64,000 nucleotides of DNA from an uncultured Gemmatimonadales bacterium. Lineage in GTDB: Bacteria; Gemmatimonadota; Gemmatimonadetes; Longimicrobiales; RSA9. Every line of letters starts with the position of its first letter. The first letter of the stretch is position 1. Positions 62,950-64,000 of this stretch are shown here, piece by piece. The notes under the pieces are model-generated. The model was not told the origin of the DNA. It made no database searches and saw only the letters and a program-made list of their open reading frames with translations. A program made the position numbers and the translations under genes. Where the stretch lies: the NCBI GenBank assembly GCA_963708135.1, contig OY970192.1, forward strand, positions 2,432,001 through 2,496,000, read 5' to 3'.

Positions 62950-64000
62950 CTACTCCGGCCTCCTCGCCTTGTCCACGAACGCAGGATGATGCGGCGCCTT
63001 GACCCCCTCGGTCTCCAGCAGCTTCATCGCCTCCTCGACGGCGCGCGCGATCTGCGGGTCCGTGCCGGCGGCCCAGTCCTTCGCGTCGTAGTAGACCGGG
63101 ATGTCCGGCGGCACGCCCTGGTTCTCCGCCACCCAGTGGTCGCCGGAGAAGACGCCGCTGCACGGCGAGGTGATGAAGCCGCCGTCCACGAGCGGGTAGG
63201 GCACGCACGCGGCCACCAGCCCGCCCCACGTCCGCTCGCCGATGAGCGGGCCGATCTTGTGCTGCCGGAACGCCCACGGGAAGTAGTCGCCGCCGGAGCC
63301 GGCCCGCTCGTTCACGAGCAGCACCTTCGGGCCCAGGATCCCCGCGACCGGCAGCCGGTAGTCGATGCCGCCGGCCGCGTCGTTGGTGATGCCGCCGATC
63401 AGCGTCCGGCTCATCATGTCGACCATGTAGTCGTCGAGCGAGCCGCCGCCGTTGAAGCGCTCGTCGATGACCGCGCCATCCCGGTCCTGCTGCGCGAAGA
63501 AGTAGCGGTTGAAGGACGTGAAGCCGGCGCCGGCCGTGTTCGGCACCCAGACGTAGGCCAGCCGGCCGTGCGAGAGCTCGTCAACCCTGCGCCGGTTGTC
63601 CTCCACCCACGCCCTCTGGCGCAGCGCCACGTCGCTCCGCAGCGGCACCACGGTCACCGTCCACGAGCCGGCCAGGGAAGGCCTGCTGTTCAGCGTGAGC
63701 ACGGTCTGCCGCTCGGCGGTGCCGTCCAGCAGGCGGTACGGGTTCTCCGCCGCGGTGAGCGGCTCGCCGTTCACGGCCAGCAGGTAGTCGCCCTCGGAGG
63801 CGCGCACGCCGGGCGCCGAGAGCGGCGCGGACAGCCCCGGGTTCCAGCCCTCGGCCTCGAGGATGCGCCGGATCCGCCAGCGCCCGTTCTCCGCGGCCAG
63901 ATCGGCGCCGAGCAGCCCCGTCCGCACGGTGTCCACGTCCGGGTAGTCGCCGCCGCCCGTGAAGCTGTGCCCCACGCTCAGCTCGCCGCCCACCTGGTCC
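62950..64000 (-). CDS. tricorn-type S41 protease, 3' part (5' end outside the window)
   Basis: GELSVGH, PDZ region GDYLLAVNG, IDERFNGGG, AGSGGD, GERTWGG, ENQGVPPD. Confidence 0.93.
   Translation of the reverse strand, partial: DQVGGELSVGHSFTGGGDYPDVDTVRTGLLGADLAAENGRWRIRRILEAEGWNPGLSAPLSAPGVRASEGDYLLAVNGEPLTAAENPYRLLDGTAERQTVLTLNSRPSLAGSWTVTVVPLRSDVALRQRAWVEDNRRRVDELSHGRLAYVWVPNTAGAGFTSFNRYFFAQQDRDGAVIDERFNGGGSLDDYMVDMMSRTLIGGITNDAAGGIDYRLPVAGILGPKVLLVNERAGSGGDYFPWAFRQHKIGPLIGERTWGGLVAACVPYPLVDGGFITSPCSGVFSGDHWVAENQGVPPDIPVYYDAKDWAAGTDPQIARAVEEAMKLLETEGVKAPHHPAFVDKARRPE

Overview
Very GC-rich bacterial chromosomal segment. The gene content suggests Gemmatimonadota, possibly Longimicrobiales-like; this is inference only, with no search run. 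Bases 1-10.5 kb hold the minus-strand core locus tRNA-Thr, tuf, rpmG, secE, nusG, rplKAJL, rpoB and the 5' part of rpoC. At 10.5-15 kb the usual Thr-Tyr-Gly-Thr tRNA cluster is dispersed into three separately promoted tRNAs. They are interleaved with a 60-aa orphan, a DUF4382 lipoprotein and an NfeD-like/flotillin pair, and no tRNA-Tyr is visible. The 15-34 kb stretch is a long minus-strand housekeeping run (serine hydrolase, amidohydrolase, pyk, MBL hydrolase, pgi, class IV aminotransferase, kinase and NtrC-type regulator, YtxH, YihY, L,D-transpeptidase, smpB, amidase, TPR lipoprotein, pyrD, pyrF, MscS, cysS). The 34-64 kb stretch is accessory and rich in secreted hydrolases (rnd, S8/S9/M1/S41 peptidases, glycosylasparaginase, ADOP permease, lhgO, DinB, MfpA-like pentapeptide protein, lipoproteins). 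Frameshifts in rpoB, the TPR gene and YihY look like assembly errors. No CRISPR array, integrase, transposase, prophage or recognisable defence system was found, and I cannot support a clearly new multi-gene system. The most unusual signals are non-coding or compositional: head-to-head 15-bp repeat arrays, families of dispersed 6-8-bp intergenic repeats, a 63-bp palindrome, a duplicated start forming a 4-codon uORF, and G-to-C polarity of synonymous codons along genes. Protein-level oddities are a ~117-aa RpoB insertion and an S8 protease/Cse60-like gene pair.
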